A DNA stretch of 9,017 bases from Octopus sinensis (taxonomy: Eukaryota). This document shows positions 7,449 through 9,017 of the stretch, one piece after another. Location of the stretch: positions 1-9,017 of the forward strand of contig NW_021828292.1 of assembly GCF_006345805.1 (NCBI RefSeq), written 5' to 3'. The first letter of the stretch is position 1; every line of letters starts with the position of its first letter. Both the position numbers and the translations under genes were made by a program. The notes under the pieces were generated by a model. The model searched no databases, was not told where the DNA came from, and saw only the letters and a list, made by a program, of their open reading frames with translations.

Positions 7449-7920
7449 GGCGCAGGAGTGACTGTGTGGTAAGTAGCTTGCTTACGACCCACATGTTCCG
7501 GTTCAGTCCCACTGTCGTGGCACCTTGGGCAAGTTTCTTCTACTATAGCCTCGGCCGACCAAAGCCTTGTGAGTGGATTTGGTAGACGGAAACTGAAAGA
7601 AGCCCGTCGTATATAGTATATATATATATATCTGTGTGTGTGTGTGTGTGGTGTGGTGCGTGTGTGTGTGCGTGTGTGTGTGTGTGTGTGGTGTTGGTGT
7701 GCGTGTGTGTTTGTGTGTCTGTGTTTGTGTCCCCCTAGCATTGCTTGACAACCGATGGTGGTGTGTTTAGTCCCCGTCACTAGCTGTTCGGCAAAAGAGA
7801 CCGATGGAATAAGTACTGGGCTTACAAAAGAATAAGTCCCGCGGTCGAGTTGCTCGAGTTAAGGCGGTGCTCCAGCATGGCCGCAGTCGAATGACTGAAA
7901 CAAGTAAAAGAGTAAAAGAG
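7449..7920 (+). mobile_element. SINE type C, full length, internal (TA)/(TG)n at ~7610-7727
   Basis: Starts ggcgcaggagtg like 2124 and ends with an (AGTAAAAG)2 tail. No convincing TSD (only atact). Confidence 0.92.
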
Positions 7921-8209
7921 TATACTGACCGCTGTTTAAATCGCCATATTTTCATTGGTGATGTAGACAAACAATGGCGCCATCTTCCCACGCATCCAGC
8001 TGCGAAGCTGCTGATTTGTGGCGGTTGTGGCTATTCAAGTTTCTTCGGCTTCTGTTCCAAAATAACATAGCTTAAAATATATTTTATCACCATGGCTATC
8101 ACCATCAAAAAAAAAATCCAATATGGCGTGATTTACAAACCGAAAGTTGTTAAATTAATGACCTCTTCAAACAACAGTGCTACAGAGAGAAGATGTATTG
8201 GGTAAATGT

Positions 8210-8598
8210 GGAGGCGCAATGGCCCAGTGGTTAGGGCAGCGGACTCGCGGTCGTAGGATCGCGGTTTCGATTCCCAGACCGGGCGTTGTGAGTGTTTTTA
8301 TTGAGCGAAAACACCTAAAGCTCCACGACGCTTCCGGCAGGGGATGGTGGTGATCCCTGTGTACTCTTTCTTTCACCACCCTTTCTCTCACTCTTACTTC
8401 CCTGTACCTGTTGTACCTGTAATTTCAAGGGCCGCCTTGTCACTCTCTGTGTCCCGCTGATATCCCGAGAACTACGTTAAGGGTACCGTGTCTGTGGAGT
8501 GCTCAGCCACTTACACGTTAATTTCACGAGCGGGTTGTTCCGTTGATTCGGATCAACCGGAACCCTCGTCGTCGTAACCGACGGAGTGCTTCCAACTA
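8210..8598 (+). mobile_element. SINE type B, full length, ~13-bp TSD
   Basis: A box TGGCCCAGTGG (8220-8230) and B box GTTTCGATTCC (8264-8274). TSD at(t/g)gggtaaatgt at 8197-8209 and 8599-8611. Colinear with 5534-5921. Confidence 0.95.
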
Positions 8599-8756
8599 AT
8601 GGGGTAAATGTTAATTTGCTGTGTGACTGGAAGAGAAGGGAATACTTTCTCGACGGGATGGTCAGAGAATGAAACGTTCTGCAAGAAGTGATGTTTTTCT
8701 CTGGCCTGAACAGCAAAATTACGTTTTTTGAATCAATGAAAACTAACAAAATGTGG

Positions 8757-8811
8757 TTTCTTTATTAGCCACAAGGGCCCAAAACAGAGGGGGACAAACA
8801 GGGACAGACAG
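8757..8811 (-). mobile_element. 3'-terminal fragment of SINE type A in reverse orientation
   Basis: Reverse complement matches gtctgtccttgtttgtcc(t/c)ctctgt..gcccttgtggg..taaagaaa. A partial repeat acagaggggacaa follows at 8818-8830. Confidence 0.75.
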
Positions 8812-8849
8812 GACACCACAGAGGGGACAATATATAGAACGAATATATA

Positions 8850-9017
8850 GGCGGCGAGCTGGCAGAAACGTTAGCGCGCCGGGCGAAATGCTTCGCGGTA
8901 TTTCGTCTGTCGTTACGTTCTGAGTTCAAATTCCGCCGAGGTCGACTTTGTCTTTCATCCTTTCGGGGTCGATAAATAAAGTACCAGTTTCGCACTGGGG
9001 TCGATATAATCGACTTA
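8850..9017 (+). mobile_element. SINE type A with intact head, running off the window end
   Basis: ggcggcgagctggcagaaacgttagc head (A-box-like TGGCAGAAACG) and B-box-like GAGTTCAAATTC. Body gtcgactttg(c/t)ctttcatcctttcggggtcgataaataaagtaccag resembles the Meta/Sauria-type conserved SINE domain from recall. Confidence 0.93.

Noticed and set aside
7394-8995. ORFs 7394..7780, 7503..7751, 7767..7991, 7867..8070, 8167..8391, 8477..8749 and 8765..8995
   Set aside because: They lie largely within SINE copies; similar peptides recur at paralogous copies, as expected for repeats.

Overview
Eukaryotic, repeat-dense, almost entirely non-coding window. It is probably intronic, and probably from an octopus or other cephalopod; that is an inference from recalled similarity of the SINEs to octopus tRNA-derived SINEs plus the microsatellite load. 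The supplied ORFs are microsatellite or repeat read-throughs, apart from three that overlap a decayed LINE. Supported content: (1) three tRNA-derived SINE types, labelled A, B and C here; (2) a decayed RTE-like LINE 3' fragment on the minus strand, split by two clean nested insertions; (3) one of those insertions is a 1.73-kb head-to-tail array of nine type-A units with a single head, one 6-bp target-site duplication (TSD) and a perfect 381-bp higher-order duplication; (4) a ~190-bp element inside (TA)n carrying a minimal type-I hammerhead ribozyme motif of the Penelope-like kind, with one core substitution; (5) an unexplained 36-bp direct repeat around ~500 bp of unique DNA; (6) weak to moderate candidates for small minus-strand exons of an unidentified gene. 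The best leads are the single-headed SINE concatemer and the hammerhead element. No searches or folding programs were run; family names come from recall.
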